From NCBI GenBank assembly GCA_022448585.1, contig JAKVCN010000009.1, positions 13,426 to 77,425 on the forward strand: a stretch of DNA of 64,000 nt, in the 5' to 3' direction. Shown here in pieces: positions 1-11,907 of this stretch. The notes below the pieces were generated by a model that did not search any database, was not told where the DNA came from, and saw nothing but the letters and a program-made list of their open reading frames with translations. Numbering within the stretch: position 1 is the stretch's first letter; the number at the start of each line of letters is the position of its first letter. Made by a program: the position numbers and the translations under genes. The stretch is from Puniceicoccaceae bacterium (GTDB taxonomy: Bacteria > Verrucomicrobiota > Verrucomicrobiia > Opitutales > Coraliomargaritaceae).

Positions 1-1322
1 GCGAAGCATTACCAGTCGTTCGTAATATCGGAGATTCTGTACGCGCAGGTACTTGGTCTGTGGATGGTTTATTAGAAATTAAAGTTAGGGCTCAAGCGGG
101 TAATCGAGATCTTGATGATTTGTTGCAAAGAGTCGATAACCAAGCAGGTAATCCTTCTAAATTTGAAGCGCAAGCAAATCGCTTAATTCAGTACTTTTTA
201 CCCTTTGTCGTGATAACCAGTTTTTTATGCTTCACCTATTGGTTATTCGCAGGCTCTTGGGTTGAGGCAGTGTTTAATAGTATGGCTGTCTTGCTTGTCG
301 CTTGCCCATGCGCCCTTGGTCTTGCAACACCAATTGCGATTTGGCAGGGCTTGCTCCGACTTGCTAAAATGGGAATAGTTAGTCGAGATGGCGCTTTAAT
401 TGACGCATTAGCAACGACCCGTCTTGTATATTTTGATAAGACAGGTACGTTGAGTGATGCAACTATGCAAGTTACTAACCTACATGTGGTTAAAGAATGG
501 GAGGATCGTCATGAATCTCTACGAGCAATGATTTATGCGCTGGAGTCAAAGCTAAGTCATCCTATTGCTCGAGCGATTACAAATTTTCTACCGAAAAGTG
601 ATCTTTTAATTAAAAATTTTAAAATTATCCCAGGGCTCGGCGTTTCAGGAACTATTGCGAACAAGTATATAGAAGTTGGCGAATTGAGGCTAAATCCTAA
701 TTTAGTTAAGGATGATATCCTCGCTAAAATAGAAGTTGGCAAAGGAAAGAGTATTTACGTTTTTATTGATAAACAGCTGGCTGCTATTTTTACTTTAAAA
801 GAGCAATTACGTTATGGGTTTAGCCGTTTAATACGAGGATTCAAAAATTTAAACATCGAGCTTGAGGTTTTAACTGGTGATCCAAATCCAGAGATAGAAC
901 TACCAGTTTTCGTCCGTTCTGGATTGTCTGCGCAGCAAAAAGAATCACATATTAGAAGTGCGATTAAAAATGGATTATGCCCAATATTTGTAGGTGATGG
1001 TATTAATGATGCACCTGCTATGACCGCTTGTATGGCTTCTATTTCCATGGGTAGCGGTACAGCTTTGACTCGTTCAATTGCAAGTGCTCAGTTGGTTAAC
1101 GATCAGATTAGCGTTTTACCGGAAGCAATTCATTTTACGCGCGCTTTACATCGTCGCTTGAGATCAAACCTCATTTATGCTGCAAGCTACAATGTTTTGG
1201 GAATGAGCTTAGCTTTTTTTGGTATTTTACACCCAATAGTTGCTGCCATCATTATGGGTCTATCTAGTTTTATCGTTACTATTCGTGCTGCATGTTTTAA
1301 CTGGAACTATAATCCTGATTAA
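1..1322 (+). CDS. Heavy-metal (Cu-type, P1B) P-type ATPase, C-terminal ~440 aa; 5' end lies outside the window
   Basis: The reading frame stays open to position 3 (EALPVVRNIGDSVRAGTWS precedes the listed GTG). It carries the CPC transmembrane metal site (ACPCALGLATP), the phosphorylation motif FDKTGTLS and the hinge GDGINDAPAM. A CcoI/FixI-like role is inferred only from proximity to the cbb3 genes. Confidence 0.9.
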   Translation, partial: EALPVVRNIGDSVRAGTWSVDGLLEIKVRAQAGNRDLDDLLQRVDNQAGNPSKFEAQANRLIQYFLPFVVITSFLCFTYWLFAGSWVEAVFNSMAVLLVACPCALGLATPIAIWQGLLRLAKMGIVSRDGALIDALATTRLVYFDKTGTLSDATMQVTNLHVVKEWEDRHESLRAMIYALESKLSHPIARAITNFLPKSDLLIKNFKIIPGLGVSGTIANKYIEVGELRLNPNLVKDDILAKIEVGKGKSIYVFIDKQLAAIFTLKEQLRYGFSRLIRGFKNLNIELEVLTGDPNPEIELPVFVRSGLSAQQKESHIRSAIKNGLCPIFVGDGINDAPAMTACMASISMGSGTALTRSIASAQLVNDQISVLPEAIHFTRALHRRLRSNLIYAASYNVLGMSLAFFGILHPIVAAIIMGLSSFIVTIRAACFNWNYNPD

Positions 1323-1568
1323 TACGACATATTGTGTTTACTAATTGATGGGTTCTTTGCTAAACAAGTCGTTGCGTAATTTGTTATTATGATTGATAAT
1401 TTACTATGATTTTATAACATTAATACGATTGTTTTGAGGTTTTTTTTTGAACACCATGTATACACCTACGCTTTCTGGCATTATTTCTATTATACCGTTT
1501 TCTACAGTTTGTGTAGAAAACGTTTGCCATGTGTTTTAGTCATACCTTTAACATCCAAAAACAATCTG

Positions 1569-1775
1569 ATGGATCGCACACGCCAACCGACTCGAAAGGG
1601 CTTTCTCAAAAGGGCTAGCTTATCTATTGCAGGTGCTCTTACGCTTAACAATTTAGCACATACGGATACTCCAGCTGGTAAGCTAAGTAGTACTAAATGC
1701 GAGATTGAAACGCCTGTAGTTGGTGTGCAACGAGCAAAAGGATCTGTTGCTCGCTCTACAGATTTACAGTCCTAA
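1569..1775 (+). CDS. Small hypothetical protein (68 aa) with Tat-like signal peptide
   Basis: An internal ATG of ORF 1434..1775 gives MDRTRQPTRKGFLKRASLSIAGALTLNNLAHT, a near-consensus Tat motif (T-R-K-x-F-L-K) plus h-region and AxA-like site. It lies 36 nt upstream of actA on the same strand. There is no recognisable mature domain. Confidence 0.3.
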   Translation: MDRTRQPTRKGFLKRASLSIAGALTLNNLAHTDTPAGKLSSTKCEIETPVVGVQRAKGSVARSTDLQS

Positions 1776-1811
1776 TCGCACAATATAAAAACACACTAAA
1801 TAAAGCTAGCA

Positions 1812-2465
1812 ATGGCGAACATCTTTCCCAGGTGGGTTAATACATTACCAGTTAAGATAATCATAGGGATTGTTTTAATCAAGACAGCTATTGTCTTAGG
1901 TGTTAGCTATTATTTTACCCCTAAGTATACTCGCGTTGGCTACGCGCCAACGCAACCAGTTGCATTTAGTCATGCCTTGCACTCTGGGCAATTGGAAATA
2001 GACTGCCGTTATTGCCATACATTTGTTGATCGTTCTGAACATTCTAATGTTCCGGGCTCTAATGTATGCATGTCCTGTCATTCAATGGTTCGCAAAGATG
2101 ATCCCCAGTTAGCACTTATTCGAGACAGTTATGAATCAGGAGATCCCGTACCTTGGGTGCGTATTCACAAGACTCCAGATTATGTTTATTTTAATCACTC
2201 TGTTCATGTTAATCGCGGAATTAGCTGCGTAGAGTGCCATGGTAGAATTGATCAAATGGAAGTTGTCGAGCATGCCATGCCATTGAGTATGGGATTTTGT
2301 TTGGAATGTCACCGAAACCCAGAAGAATATATACGACCAGTCCAGGAGGTTTATAATCTTGATTGGGAGCGACCCGAAACCGAAGAGTATAAAGAAGCCG
2401 CTACTGGCTTCGTTCATGATTGGAAGATTAATCCACCGCAGAGCTGCTCTGGATGCCATCGTTAG
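1812..2465 (+). CDS. actA: Alternative Complex III subunit ActA, pentaheme cytochrome c
   Basis: N-terminal TM anchor and five CXXCH motifs (CRYCH, CMSCH, CVECH, CLECH, CSGCH). First gene of an actABCDEF-ordered cluster. Confidence 0.9.
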   Translation: MANIFPRWVNTLPVKIIIGIVLIKTAIVLGVSYYFTPKYTRVGYAPTQPVAFSHALHSGQLEIDCRYCHTFVDRSEHSNVPGSNVCMSCHSMVRKDDPQLALIRDSYESGDPVPWVRIHKTPDYVYFNHSVHVNRGISCVECHGRIDQMEVVEHAMPLSMGFCLECHRNPEEYIRPVQEVYNLDWERPETEEYKEAATGFVHDWKINPPQSCSGCHR

Positions 2466-2479
2466 TATAATTTAAAAGG

Positions 2480-5400
2480 ATGATTGAAAAAAATATAGTT
2501 GGCCCACGCTACTGGAAAAGTCTCGACGACCTAGCCGAGACTGCTGCTTTCAGGGAATGGATGGAACGAGAGTTTCCATCTGGAGCAAGTGAGCTTGATG
2601 GCGTCAATAGGCGACAGTTCATGAAAGTTATGGCAGCATCTTTTGGTCTTGCTGGATTAGGAATGAGTGGTTGTCGCCGTCCGGAGCAGACCATTTTACC
2701 TTATGCTAAGCAGCCCGAAAACGTTATTCCTGGTGTACCTATTTATTATTCCTCTTCCATGCCAGGGGTTCGCGAGAATATTCCGTTAATTGTTGAGACG
2801 CATACAGGACGTCCGACTAAGCTAGAGGGAAATCCTAGCTATAAAGCATATGGCGGAGCGACTACAGCATATGCGCAAGCAAGCATTTTGAATTTATACG
2901 ATCCAGATCGTGCAACTAAGAGTCGTGAAGGGGAGGGGACTATTACTCTAGAGGTGGTACGTGATCGGCTCTCTGAAATAAGTGTTTCCCATTCTAATGA
3001 TATGGGCGAAGGTCTTGTTTTTCTAGCTGAGCCAAGCACTTCTCCAAGTCGAAAGTCATTAGTCGATGCTATCAAATTAAAATATCCTAAGGCTACTTGG
3101 ACTGAATACTCAGCAATCGATGAGAGTTCTGCGGAAACCGCAGCTATGACAGTTTTAGGAAAGCCAATTCGTGCAATACCTCAATTTGATAGGGTTAAGC
3201 GGGTCTTAGCAATTGATGCTGATTTTGTTTCATCTGTAAGTGGGCATCTTGGTTATGCGCGTTCTTTTGCTAAATCCCGCAAAGTTACTAGCGCTAAAGA
3301 TGCTAATTCAATGAGTCGTTTATATTCGGTTGAATCCTTACTTACGGCGACTGGATCTACTGCAGACCATCGCCTGCGCTTATCGAGTAGTCAGATGGTT
3401 GGATTTACTGCTCAAATTGGATCATACATTCTAAAAGCGTGTAATGCTGGAGATTCCCTTATTAAAAAGCTTGATGAGCTTGGGGCTTCAGTTTCTGTCG
3501 ACCCTGCATGGGTTAATCAATGTGCTGCCGATTTAGTTGAACATGGAGGCAATTCTCTTGTGTTAGCTGGTGACCATCTTCCAGAGGCAGTTCACCATAT
3601 AGTACTGGCTATTAATACAGCACTGAATGCACCGATCAATTATTTGAATGTGCCCTTTAAAGAAAGTGGGATTGAAGTTGCAGTAGAGCGACTAAATAAG
3701 GGAGGAGTAGATACTCTAATTATATTAGGTGGCAATCCAGTTTATAATGCACCGATTGATCTAGATTGGGAAAATGCGCAAAGTAAGGCAAAGAAGACTC
3801 TGTTTTTGAGCGATGCGAAAAATGAGACGGCAGCGCACGCAGATATCTTCATAGCGCAGTCTCATTATTTAGAGAGTTGGGGCGATGGGCGTGCTTACGA
3901 TGGCGTGCTCTTACCTGTGCAACCAATGATCGAACCATTGTTTCCAACAGTCAGTGAACTCGAAGTTCTTTCACTATTACTAGGTTCACAAACGACGGAT
4001 GCATATAAGATTACTCAAGATACTTTTAGACAGTTAGGTGGTCGTGATTTTAATAAGTTCCTTTCCGATGGTTTATTTGAAAAAAGCTCATATGAAATTA
4101 TTCCTATTGAGGTCGACTACGCTGTAATTTTTGACGCTTTAAATGTGGATCAATATTCTGCAGAAAATGAGCTTTGTTGTGATAATATAGAAGTGCGTTT
4201 TACTCCTAGTTCACATGGAATGGATGGACGTTTTGCCAACAACGGATGGATGTTAGAGTGTCCTGATCCGATGACAAAAATTACTTGGGATAATCCTATT
4301 TTAATAAGTCCTCGACTAGCGAAAGATTTAGAAGCGCGTGACGGGGTTCAAATATTTCCTAAAAAGACAGTGCTTAATGGAACTACTTTTGAAGCTGCTA
4401 AAGGGACATTACAGCGCAATAAGGCCGTATTTAATGGCGGTAAGGAAATGGCTGTTATAGCAGAGCTAACTATCAATGGGCGTAGCATTGAAGCGCCTAT
4501 ACATGTCTTGCCTGGCCTAGCTAATTATACTATACAACTACCGCTTGGTCTCGGCCGTAAGGTGGTGGGCCGCGTTGGGTCAGGTGTTGGCTTTGATTTT
4601 TACAGGCTACGAGAATCATCAAGTATGGGTTATGCTAACAATGCTGCGATTAGGCTGACTGAAAAAACATACCGCCTCGCCAATACTCAGGAACACTGGT
4701 CGATGGAAGGGCGTGCAATTGTACGCGAAGCCAATGCGGACTATTACACCAAGCATCCTAACTTTGCTAACAAGGTTGGTGTTGAATCTCATGCACCCGC
4801 TAATTATGGTAAATATGAATACAAGTCGCTACAGAAAAAGTCATTGAATAATTACCGGGGTAACTCTGCTTATGAGCATCCAAAATTCAACGAGCCATAT
4901 CCGAATGTTAGGGTATGGAAGAATAATCAGGACAAGTTCCCAAGAATTCAACAATGGGGGATGGCATTGGATGCAAATAGTTGTTTTGGTTGTTCCGCAT
5001 GTGTGGTCGCATGTCAAAGCGAGAACAATATTCCAATAGTTGGTAAAGATCAGGTACTTCGTGGTCGGGAAATGCATTGGATTCGAATTGATCGTTATTT
5101 TTCTGCTGCTAAGTATGAACAAGCTGAAATACCTGAAGACGTACAAGTTTCGTTTATGGGAGTTGCTTGTGCACATTGCGAGAATGCGCCGTGTGAAAGC
5201 GTATGTCCGGTAAATGCCACTGTTCATGACAAGCAAGGTATTAACACGATGGCGTATAATCGCTGCGTGGGTACTCGCTACTGCGCAAATAATTGCCCCT
5301 ACAAGGTACGACGTTTTAACTTCTTTGATTGGAATAAAAGACAAGTAGGGGAGTTCTATAAAGGTCCCCTAGGTAAGGTTGATGAACCAGAACTTCAAAA

Positions 5401-5881
5401 AATGCAGAAGAATCCCAACGTTACCGTGCGTATGCGTGGTGTTATGGAGAAGTGTACTTACTGTATTCAGCGCATAGAGTCAGCAAAGATTGATCAAAAG
5501 CGCCGCGCGGGACCTTCTGGTGATATCCATGTTAAGGACGGTGCGATTAAAACTGCCTGCCAACAAGTCTGTCCGACCGATGCAATCACATTTGGTGACA
5601 TTTCTGATCCCAATTCAGAGGTTTCCAAGATGAAAGCAAGTGACCGTAATTATTCCTTACTTGGATATCTAAATGTTCGCCCACGAACTACATATCTTGC
5701 TCGTTTGCGAAATCCAAACAAAAAGATGCCCGACTATTATGATAAGCCATTTGCCTACGCCCAATATGATGTACGTTATGGTCATGGGTCTTCAGGAGAC
5801 AAACACTCTGCAGATGAACATAATAAGCAGGGTGTATTAGACAAAATTCATGATCACCACACTCCTACAGTAAGTGATTAG
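2480..5881 (+). CDS. actB: Alternative Complex III subunit ActB (fused molybdopterin-like B1 and Fe-S B2 domains)
   Basis: Tat signal [18 protein letters not shown] and a large molybdopterin-oxidoreductase-like N-terminal part. The C-terminal part has ferredoxin-type Cys clusters ([50 protein letters not shown]). Confidence 0.92.
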   Translation: MIEKNIVGPRYWKSLDDLAETAAFREWMEREFPSGASELDGVNRRQFMKVMAASFGLAGLGMSGCRRPEQTILPYAKQPENVIPGVPIYYSSSMPGVRENIPLIVETHTGRPTKLEGNPSYKAYGGATTAYAQASILNLYDPDRATKSREGEGTITLEVVRDRLSEISVSHSNDMGEGLVFLAEPSTSPSRKSLVDAIKLKYPKATWTEYSAIDESSAETAAMTVLGKPIRAIPQFDRVKRVLAIDADFVSSVSGHLGYARSFAKSRKVTSAKDANSMSRLYSVESLLTATGSTADHRLRLSSSQMVGFTAQIGSYILKACNAGDSLIKKLDELGASVSVDPAWVNQCAADLVEHGGNSLVLAGDHLPEAVHHIVLAINTALNAPINYLNVPFKESGIEVAVERLNKGGVDTLIILGGNPVYNAPIDLDWENAQSKAKKTLFLSDAKNETAAHADIFIAQSHYLESWGDGRAYDGVLLPVQPMIEPLFPTVSELEVLSLLLGSQTTDAYKITQDTFRQLGGRDFNKFLSDGLFEKSSYEIIPIEVDYAVIFDALNVDQYSAENELCCDNIEVRFTPSSHGMDGRFANNGWMLECPDPMTKITWDNPILISPRLAKDLEARDGVQIFPKKTVLNGTTFEAAKGTLQRNKAVFNGGKEMAVIAELTINGRSIEAPIHVLPGLANYTIQLPLGLGRKVVGRVGSGVGFDFYRLRESSSMGYANNAAIRLTEKTYRLANTQEHWSMEGRAIVREANADYYTKHPNFANKVGVESHAPANYGKYEYKSLQKKSLNNYRGNSAYEHPKFNEPYPNVRVWKNNQDKFPRIQQWGMALDANSCFGCSACVVACQSENNIPIVGKDQVLRGREMHWIRIDRYFSAAKYEQAEIPEDVQVSFMGVACAHCENAPCESVCPVNATVHDKQGINTMAYNRCVGTRYCANNCPYKVRRFNFFDWNKRQVGEFYKGPLGKVDEPELQKMQKNPNVTVRMRGVMEKCTYCIQRIESAKIDQKRRAGPSGDIHVKDGAIKTACQQVCPTDAITFGDISDPNSEVSKMKASDRNYSLLGYLNVRPRTTYLARLRNPNKKMPDYYDKPFAYAQYDVRYGHGSSGDKHSADEHNKQGVLDKIHDHHTPTVSD

Positions 5882-5933
5882 TCTAACCATTGGTAATTTA
5901 AATTATTTCTTTTGAGTATTTTACATAAAGATA

Positions 5934-7430
5934 ATGACAACTAATTCAAATGATAGTTCGATAGACAACTCACAGGCATCTCTTTTAGCAAAAGTCGAAC
6001 CTGCTGAACTTATCGAGCAACCTCTTGTTGGTAACCAACGTAGTTTTGCTTGGGTAACCAATAAAATTTGTCGTATCGTTGAATCGCCAACTCCGACTTG
6101 GTGGTGGGTTTGTATGACAGTAGCACTAATTACAGCAGCTTTTACTGGGATGGGGTTACTCTGGCTTGTTAGTACAGGTGTTGGCGTATGGGGTTTAGCC
6201 AATCCTATCAATTGGGGTTGGGCTATTGTTAACTTTGTTTTTTGGATAGGAATTGGTCATGCGGGAACACTTATCTCAGCAGTTCTTTGCTTGCTCAAAC
6301 AAGGCTGGCGCACATCGATTAATCGTGCGGCAGAAGCGATGACAATTTTTGCTGTAGTGTGTGCAGGAATTTTTCCGTTATTCCATGTAGGTCGAGTATG
6401 GTATGCTTGGTGGTTATTTCCACTTCCGAATGCGAATGCAATTTGGCCGCAGTTTCGATCACCACTAGAATGGGATGTTTTTGCAGTTTCCACATACGGC
6501 ACGGTATCAGTGCTATTTTGGTATATGGGTATGATACCAGATTTGGGAGTATTACGTGACCGTGCTTTGCAACGCTTAAATCTAGATGCCTATAGTGGGT
6601 CAAATTTTCTAGCTAAAGCTATGGATATATTTAGAAAATATTTTTATGGTTTATTGGCTATGGGTTGGCGAAATGCTGGTAATCATTGGCGTAATTATGA
6701 AATGGCATACTTAATTTTAGCAGGTCTTTCAACGCCACTTGTTCTGTCTGTTCATACTATCGTTTCTTTTGATTTTGCTGCTGCTCAATTACCTGGTTGG
6801 CACACTACAATTTTTCCTCCTTATTTCGTTGCCGGTGCAATTTTCTCGGGATTCGGAATGGTCTTAACACTTATGCTGCCTTTACGCGCAATATATGGCT
6901 TACATGATTTTATTACACAGCGCCACATTGATAACATGTGTAAAATTTGCTTGGGTACTGGATCCATAGTTGGCTATGCCTACATTATGGAGTTTTTTAT
7001 CGCTTGGTATGGTGCAAATCCATACGAGAGCTTTGCCTTCATTAATCGCGGGTTTGGTCAGTATTCATGGGCTTACTATATGATGTTTGGGTGTAATGTA
7101 TTTACGCCTCAGCTATTTTGGTTTAGCGCCGTGCGTCGTAATGCTGCTCTTGTTTGGGTGATGTCTATTTTTATCAATGTAGGCATGTGGTTTGAGCGTT
7201 TTGTAATTACCGTTACATCGCTTGCCAATGACTTTTTGCCTAGTTCATGGGGTTACTACTCTCCTACGATTGTAGATATTTTTACTTTCTTTGGTACTTT
7301 TGGTTTATTTAGTATTTTGTTTCTGTTGTTTCTTAGGTTTTTACCCTTATTACCTATTGCTGAAGTTAAATTTGTGATGCCGGCAGCCAATCCGCACGGT
7401 CATAACGATTCTAAAGGAGGGGGGCATTAA
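5934..7430 (+). CDS. actC: Alternative Complex III subunit ActC (NrfD/PsrC-like polytopic quinol-binding membrane subunit)
   Basis: 498 aa, about 10 hydrophobic helices, NrfD-like pattern, position after actB. Confidence 0.88.
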   Translation: MTTNSNDSSIDNSQASLLAKVEPAELIEQPLVGNQRSFAWVTNKICRIVESPTPTWWWVCMTVALITAAFTGMGLLWLVSTGVGVWGLANPINWGWAIVNFVFWIGIGHAGTLISAVLCLLKQGWRTSINRAAEAMTIFAVVCAGIFPLFHVGRVWYAWWLFPLPNANAIWPQFRSPLEWDVFAVSTYGTVSVLFWYMGMIPDLGVLRDRALQRLNLDAYSGSNFLAKAMDIFRKYFYGLLAMGWRNAGNHWRNYEMAYLILAGLSTPLVLSVHTIVSFDFAAAQLPGWHTTIFPPYFVAGAIFSGFGMVLTLMLPLRAIYGLHDFITQRHIDNMCKICLGTGSIVGYAYIMEFFIAWYGANPYESFAFINRGFGQYSWAYYMMFGCNVFTPQLFWFSAVRRNAALVWVMSIFINVGMWFERFVITVTSLANDFLPSSWGYYSPTIVDIFTFFGTFGLFSILFLLFLRFLPLLPIAEVKFVMPAANPHGHNDSKGGGH

Positions 7431-7960
7431 TGGCAGAGTCGTACGGCATAATTGCATCCTTTGCGGATACCCCTTCTTTCTACCACGCAGCTGAAAAAGT
7501 ACGTGATGCTGGATATAAAAAATGGGATACATATTCATCTTTTCCAGTTCACGGTATGCCTGAAGCGCAGGGGCAGGCTCGCTCGAAGGTGCCTATTTTC
7601 ACGTTCATCGGTGGTATTACTGGATTCACTGTAGGGACCATACTTGTTTGGTATATGAATTATTTTGATTATCCTTTGATTGTAGGAGGAAAGCCATTTT
7701 TTAGTCCAGTATTTCCATTCCCCGTAATGTATGAGCTCACTATACTACTGGCAGCATTCGGTACACTTGGTGGAATGTTTTTAACAAACTTACTTCCACA
7801 ACACTACAATTCTCTTTTTAACAGCGAGACTTTCCTTGAAGTTTCAGGTGAACGTCTAGTGATTGCCATTGAGTCTCGAGATCCCAAATTTGACTCTGAT
7901 TTAACTCGTCGTTTTCTAGAGCAAATCGGCGGCAAAGACATCGAGGAGGTCTCTAAATAG
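7430..7960 (+). CDS. actD: Alternative Complex III subunit ActD (DUF3341-type membrane subunit)
   Basis: TAATG stop/start overlap with actC and a GGAGG Shine-Dalgarno inside the actC 3' end. Soluble N-domain followed by two TM helices, with size and position typical of ActD. Confidence 0.82.
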   Translation: MAESYGIIASFADTPSFYHAAEKVRDAGYKKWDTYSSFPVHGMPEAQGQARSKVPIFTFIGGITGFTVGTILVWYMNYFDYPLIVGGKPFFSPVFPFPVMYELTILLAAFGTLGGMFLTNLLPQHYNSLFNSETFLEVSGERLVIAIESRDPKFDSDLTRRFLEQIGGKDIEEVSK

Positions 7961-7969
7961 TATACTGCT

Positions 7970-8623
7970 ATGCGGACATTTTTGATCATATATGCTTTTA
8001 TTATAGTCGCGACTGTGACCATACTCGGGTTTCGCGGGAGCAATAGCAAGAAGCCCCCCATAGAGATTTTCCCTGATATGGATCGTCAGGCTCGATATAA
8101 ACCTCAGGCAGAAAATCAGTTTTTTGCGGATGGTCGTAACGATCGTCCTATCCCTATCAATACTGTCGCAAGAGGAAATTACCACAATCAAGTGGAGGTT
8201 TTTTCAGAGGATTTCAGCGATTCGCATCTTGGTGATACTGTTTATAATTTTGGTAAGTCTACTGATGGTGAATTTGTACAAAAAATACCGATTAACGCAT
8301 CTAATGAACTAATGCAGTTAGGTCACTTGAAGTACGATATTTTTTGTACGACTTGCCACGGTGCTGCAGGAGACGGCAACGGTGTGGTAAAGCAGTATGG
8401 CGTATTAGCGGCGACTTATCATGACGATCGATTGCGTGATGTTGAAGATGGGTATCTCTATGATGTCATATCAAATGGAAAGGGATTAATGTATGGGTTG
8501 AAGGATCGAATGAGTCCAAAGGAACGCTGGGCAGTTGTTTTATATATGCGCGCTTTACAAACTTCACAAAATGCCCAGACAAGTGACTTGTCTGAGTTAC
8601 AACGTCTCGAGTTGGGATTATAA
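7970..8623 (+). CDS. actE: Alternative Complex III subunit ActE, membrane-anchored monoheme cytochrome c
   Basis: N-terminal anchor, single CXXCH (CTTCHG) and a distal Met region (GLMYGL). Confidence 0.85.
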   Translation: MRTFLIIYAFIIVATVTILGFRGSNSKKPPIEIFPDMDRQARYKPQAENQFFADGRNDRPIPINTVARGNYHNQVEVFSEDFSDSHLGDTVYNFGKSTDGEFVQKIPINASNELMQLGHLKYDIFCTTCHGAAGDGNGVVKQYGVLAATYHDDRLRDVEDGYLYDVISNGKGLMYGLKDRMSPKERWAVVLYMRALQTSQNAQTSDLSELQRLELGL

Positions 8624-8625
8624 GC

Positions 8626-9864
8626 ATGATTTCTGATCTAAGTATTTCTAATAGTAAGGTAAGTAGCATTGCTTTAATTGTAGGCTTGGTTGGTTCATCC
8701 ATTGCTTTATTTGGACTGTATCAAGGTGTTCAAAACCAAGAGGTACGACCACTTATGAGCTGGCTAATTGGTATCGCATTTTGGCTATCTATAGCAGTAG
8801 GTATGCTCTTTCTTACACAAATATGGTATGTATTTCATGCTCGCTGGCCGACAGTTCTGCGCCGCCAATGCGAGCATTTTTTCGCTGTTTTCCCGATTAT
8901 TTTTATCTTATTTATTCCACTTTTAGTAATTACCTACACAGATCAGCCAGGTTTACTTTGGAAGTGGTTAGACGGTACAAATGCTTTACCTGGACATGGC
9001 ACCGTAGGAGAGGACCCAATATTTACTTGGAAGCAGCCGTATCTGAATCACGGGTTTTTTATTTTTCGTGCAGTTGGTATATTTGCTACTTTTGTATTGG
9101 TTGCCGGTCTGCTGAGGAAATGGTCTTTTGATACAGATAAGTCTGGAAACATAGCTAACACGCACAAGGCTCGTCGTCTTTCTTCAGTGGGTCTATTTAT
9201 TTGTGCAGGAGCTGCTACACTCGGCTCAATAGATTGGTTCAAGTCACTAGAGTATCACTGGTTCTCTACAATGTATGGGGTATGGTTCTTTGCCGCTTCG
9301 ATGCGAGCAGCACTTAGTGCGCTATTAATAATTTCTGTATTATCCGCTATCAAGGGATCTCTTAAGGGAATTTTAAAACAAGCGCACCGCTATGATATTG
9401 CATGTATGATGCTAGCATTTACGATTTTTTGGGCTTACATTAGTTTCTCTCAATATTTCCTAATATATAATGCTAATATTCCTGAAGAAACTTTTTGGTA
9501 TAATATTCGCGAGAAAAACGGCTGGTGGACAGTTAGTATGTTACTAATATTTGCGCATTTCTTAACCCCATTTATCGTTCTTCTTTGGTATAAAACAAAA
9601 GTAGTTGTTTGGCGTACTATTGCTGTATCTGCTTGGATTTTAGTTTTTCACATAGTCGATCTTTTTTGGAATATAATACCAGGTAAAATTCCAACAGAGC
9701 ATGGTTACACAGTGCGACCTTTTACTATTTCTGTATTTGATTTTGCAGCAATTATTGGCATCGGCGGGTTTTGTATTTGGGCTTACTGTAAGAGTATTAG
9801 AAAAACAGAGCCAATTCCGATTCGTGATCCTAACATCTTAAAGTCGATTGACTATACTGAATAA
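8626..9864 (+). CDS. actF: Alternative Complex III subunit ActF (second NrfD-like membrane subunit)
   Basis: 412 aa polytopic membrane protein starting 2 nt after actE. Order and size match ActF. Confidence 0.8.
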   Translation: MISDLSISNSKVSSIALIVGLVGSSIALFGLYQGVQNQEVRPLMSWLIGIAFWLSIAVGMLFLTQIWYVFHARWPTVLRRQCEHFFAVFPIIFILFIPLLVITYTDQPGLLWKWLDGTNALPGHGTVGEDPIFTWKQPYLNHGFFIFRAVGIFATFVLVAGLLRKWSFDTDKSGNIANTHKARRLSSVGLFICAGAATLGSIDWFKSLEYHWFSTMYGVWFFAASMRAALSALLIISVLSAIKGSLKGILKQAHRYDIACMMLAFTIFWAYISFSQYFLIYNANIPEETFWYNIREKNGWWTVSMLLIFAHFLTPFIVLLWYKTKVVVWRTIAVSAWILVFHIVDLFWNIIPGKIPTEHGYTVRPFTISVFDFAAIIGIGGFCIWAYCKSIRKTEPIPIRDPNILKSIDYTE

Positions 9865-9872
9865 TTTAAACA

Positions 9873-10154
9873 ATGAAACAGCCTGCATCAAATACGAATA
9901 ATAGTCTATTAACCTTTGTTGGTGCGATTGGAGCTATTTTAATTTTCGCGCTCATTATATTTGTCGCCTATCTTCCAAATATACCAGATCCAGCTGATCA
10001 GGAAATCCGCGATAAGCGCCAAAGCGATGCGGATACAGTTCGTGCTGAAGGTGTTGCTAAGCTTAATCGCTATGAATTAATCGACAAGGATTCGGGCACC
10101 GTGCGTATCCCTATTGATAAGGCAAAATCTTTAACTCTTCAGGCATACAAATAA
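9873..10154 (+). CDS. Small single-pass membrane protein linked to the ACIII/cbb3 operon (possible ActG-like accessory subunit)
   Basis: 93 aa with one TM helix (LLTFVGAIGAILIFALIIFVAYL), 8 nt after actF and 4 nt before ccoS. No diagnostic motif. Confidence 0.5.
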   Translation: MKQPASNTNNSLLTFVGAIGAILIFALIIFVAYLPNIPDPADQEIRDKRQSDADTVRAEGVAKLNRYELIDKDSGTVRIPIDKAKSLTLQAYK

Positions 10155-10158
10155 ACCA

Positions 10159-10350
10159 ATGCCAGTAGAAAATTATATCGATCTACTTCCAGTAATTCTT
10201 CTGGGTGTGGTTTTTTTCGGGTCGGCGGTCGGAATGCTTTATTGGTCCGTTCGTCGTGGTCAGCTACGAGACTTTGACGAGCAAGCAAAAGTAATTTTTA
10301 CTCAGGAAGAACCTGAGGGTGAAATATCGGATCTTTTTCCAGACAAGTAG
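10159..10350 (+). CDS. ccoS: cbb3-type cytochrome oxidase maturation protein CcoS/FixS
   Basis: 63 aa with one TM helix followed by YWSVRRGQLRDFDEQA, matching the CcoS W-x-x-(K/R)-x-GQ-x-D-D/F-D signature. Sits directly upstream of ccoN. Confidence 0.78.
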   Translation: MPVENYIDLLPVILLGVVFFGSAVGMLYWSVRRGQLRDFDEQAKVIFTQEEPEGEISDLFPDK

Positions 10351-10419
10351 TAGCTTTAGCAATATGAGAATATTTAGATCTAAATACTTAAAAATTAGTA
10401 TTACTTTTTAAAATAACTT

Positions 10420-11907
10420 ATGAGTCAAATGCCGCAATACTCAGCACCGATAAAACCGTATTCTTCTACGAATTCATCCATTCGTGCTGAGCTAAGCGAA
10501 ATTGATGCATCACTACGTGTTTCGTCATTATTTTTTATTACTTCAGCTATCTTTTGGCTCATGGCAGGAACGATACTAGCGCTTATTGCTGCTATTAAGT
10601 TACATGAGCCAAGTTTCGCTGCTGGTTCTGAGTTGACCACTTTTGGCCGTATGCGCTCCGCTCACATGAACGCAATGGCACTAGGATTTGGTAACAATAT
10701 GATTTTTGCTGTTTGCACATGGATTATGGCACGCTTGTGCCGAACTCCAATACGGCATGGCGGTTTACTATTAATAGCCGGCAGCTTCTGGAACTTAGGA
10801 TTAACTGTTGGCATAGCAGGAATTATAAAAGGTGACATTACCTCGGTCGAGTGGCTTGAAATCCCAAAGTATGCAACTCCTTTACTAGCAATTTCCTATG
10901 TCCTTATAGGAGTTTGGGGTATTATGGCTTTTCGTTTTCGCAAAGGTGAGCATGTATATGTTTCGCAGTGGTATTTCCTAGGAGCTTTATTCTGGTTTCC
11001 TTGGCTATATATTGTAGCCCAAGTTATGATTATTTGGGTACCTGCTCAAGGTGTGGTTCAATCAGTTACAAACTGGTGGTATGCACATAATTATTTAGGT
11101 TTATGGCTAACTCCAATGGCGCTGGGAACTGCGTATTATTTGATCCCTAAAGTACTAGGACGCCCGATTTATTCCTACTATTTATCTGTTTTAGGTTTCT
11201 GGTCGCTCGCTATTTTTTACAACTGGGCTGGAGTGCACCACCTAATCGGTGGGCCTGTGCCTGTATGGCTACTATCTGCTGGTATTGTAGCATCTGTGAT
11301 GATGGTAATTCCTGTAATAGTTGTAGCGATTAATCACCATTTAACACTTATTGGAAGTCGCTTAAATTGGTGGAAGAGTCCTACACTTCGCTTTGTTGTC
11401 TTTGGCGCAGTTAATTATACACTTGTTAGCATTATTGGTTCAACAATGGCGCTACGCACAGTGAACATGACTACTCATTTCACTCATTTTACAGTAGGCC
11501 ATGCCCACCACGGAGTTTACGGTTTTTTCGCTATGATAATGTTTGGGGGTGTCTACTATATGATGCCTCGTGTTTTAAATCGTGAATGGCCTTCAGCAAC
11601 GTTGATTAGGGTACACTTTTGGATGTGCGCACTTGGTATATTATTAATGGTTTTTGCATTACAGATCTGTGGTTGGATTCAAGGCACACAAATGAATGAC
11701 GCGATTAACTATCCTGATTTTTTAGAGATAGTTAAGAGTACCAGACCATACATGATTATTCGTTCCATTTCTGGAGTAATGTTGATGATCGGACACCTTG
11801 CATTTGGACTAAATTTCTTTTGGATGTTATTTTCTGCCAGTGCTCATCGTGTGCAAAAAGAGGGACCTACCTTACTCATATCAAAGAAAGAGGTTATTAA
11901 GACATAA
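10420..11907 (+). CDS. ccoN: cbb3-type cytochrome c oxidase subunit I (CcoN)
   Basis: 12+ TM helices and heme/CuB ligand motifs [14 protein letters not shown] and [14 protein letters not shown] typical of the C-family heme-copper oxidase. Followed by ccoO with a TAATG overlap. Confidence 0.9.
   Translation: MSQMPQYSAPIKPYSSTNSSIRAELSEIDASLRVSSLFFITSAIFWLMAGTILALIAAIKLHEPSFAAGSELTTFGRMRSAHMNAMALGFGNNMIFAVCTWIMARLCRTPIRHGGLLLIAGSFWNLGLTVGIAGIIKGDITSVEWLEIPKYATPLLAISYVLIGVWGIMAFRFRKGEHVYVSQWYFLGALFWFPWLYIVAQVMIIWVPAQGVVQSVTNWWYAHNYLGLWLTPMALGTAYYLIPKVLGRPIYSYYLSVLGFWSLAIFYNWAGVHHLIGGPVPVWLLSAGIVASVMMVIPVIVVAINHHLTLIGSRLNWWKSPTLRFVVFGAVNYTLVSIIGSTMALRTVNMTTHFTHFTVGHAHHGVYGFFAMIMFGGVYYMMPRVLNREWPSATLIRVHFWMCALGILLMVFALQICGWIQGTQMNDAINYPDFLEIVKSTRPYMIIRSISGVMLMIGHLAFGLNFFWMLFSASAHRVQKEGPTLLISKKEVIKT

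Noticed and set aside
1434-1568. N-terminal 45 codons of ORF 1434..1775 (MRFFFEHHVYTYAFWHYFYY...)
   Set aside because: The composition is aromatic-rich and implausible, derived from an AT-rich promoter-like region. Only the portion from ATG 1569 has protein-like features.
4841-5344. 167-aa antisense ORF within actB. Similar antisense or alternate-frame ORFs occur at 2136-2459, 8781-9131, 21069-21371, 42058-42363 and 60940-61332.
   Set aside because: Each lies entirely inside a confidently identified gene on the other strand or frame and has no motifs. These are typical shadow ORFs.
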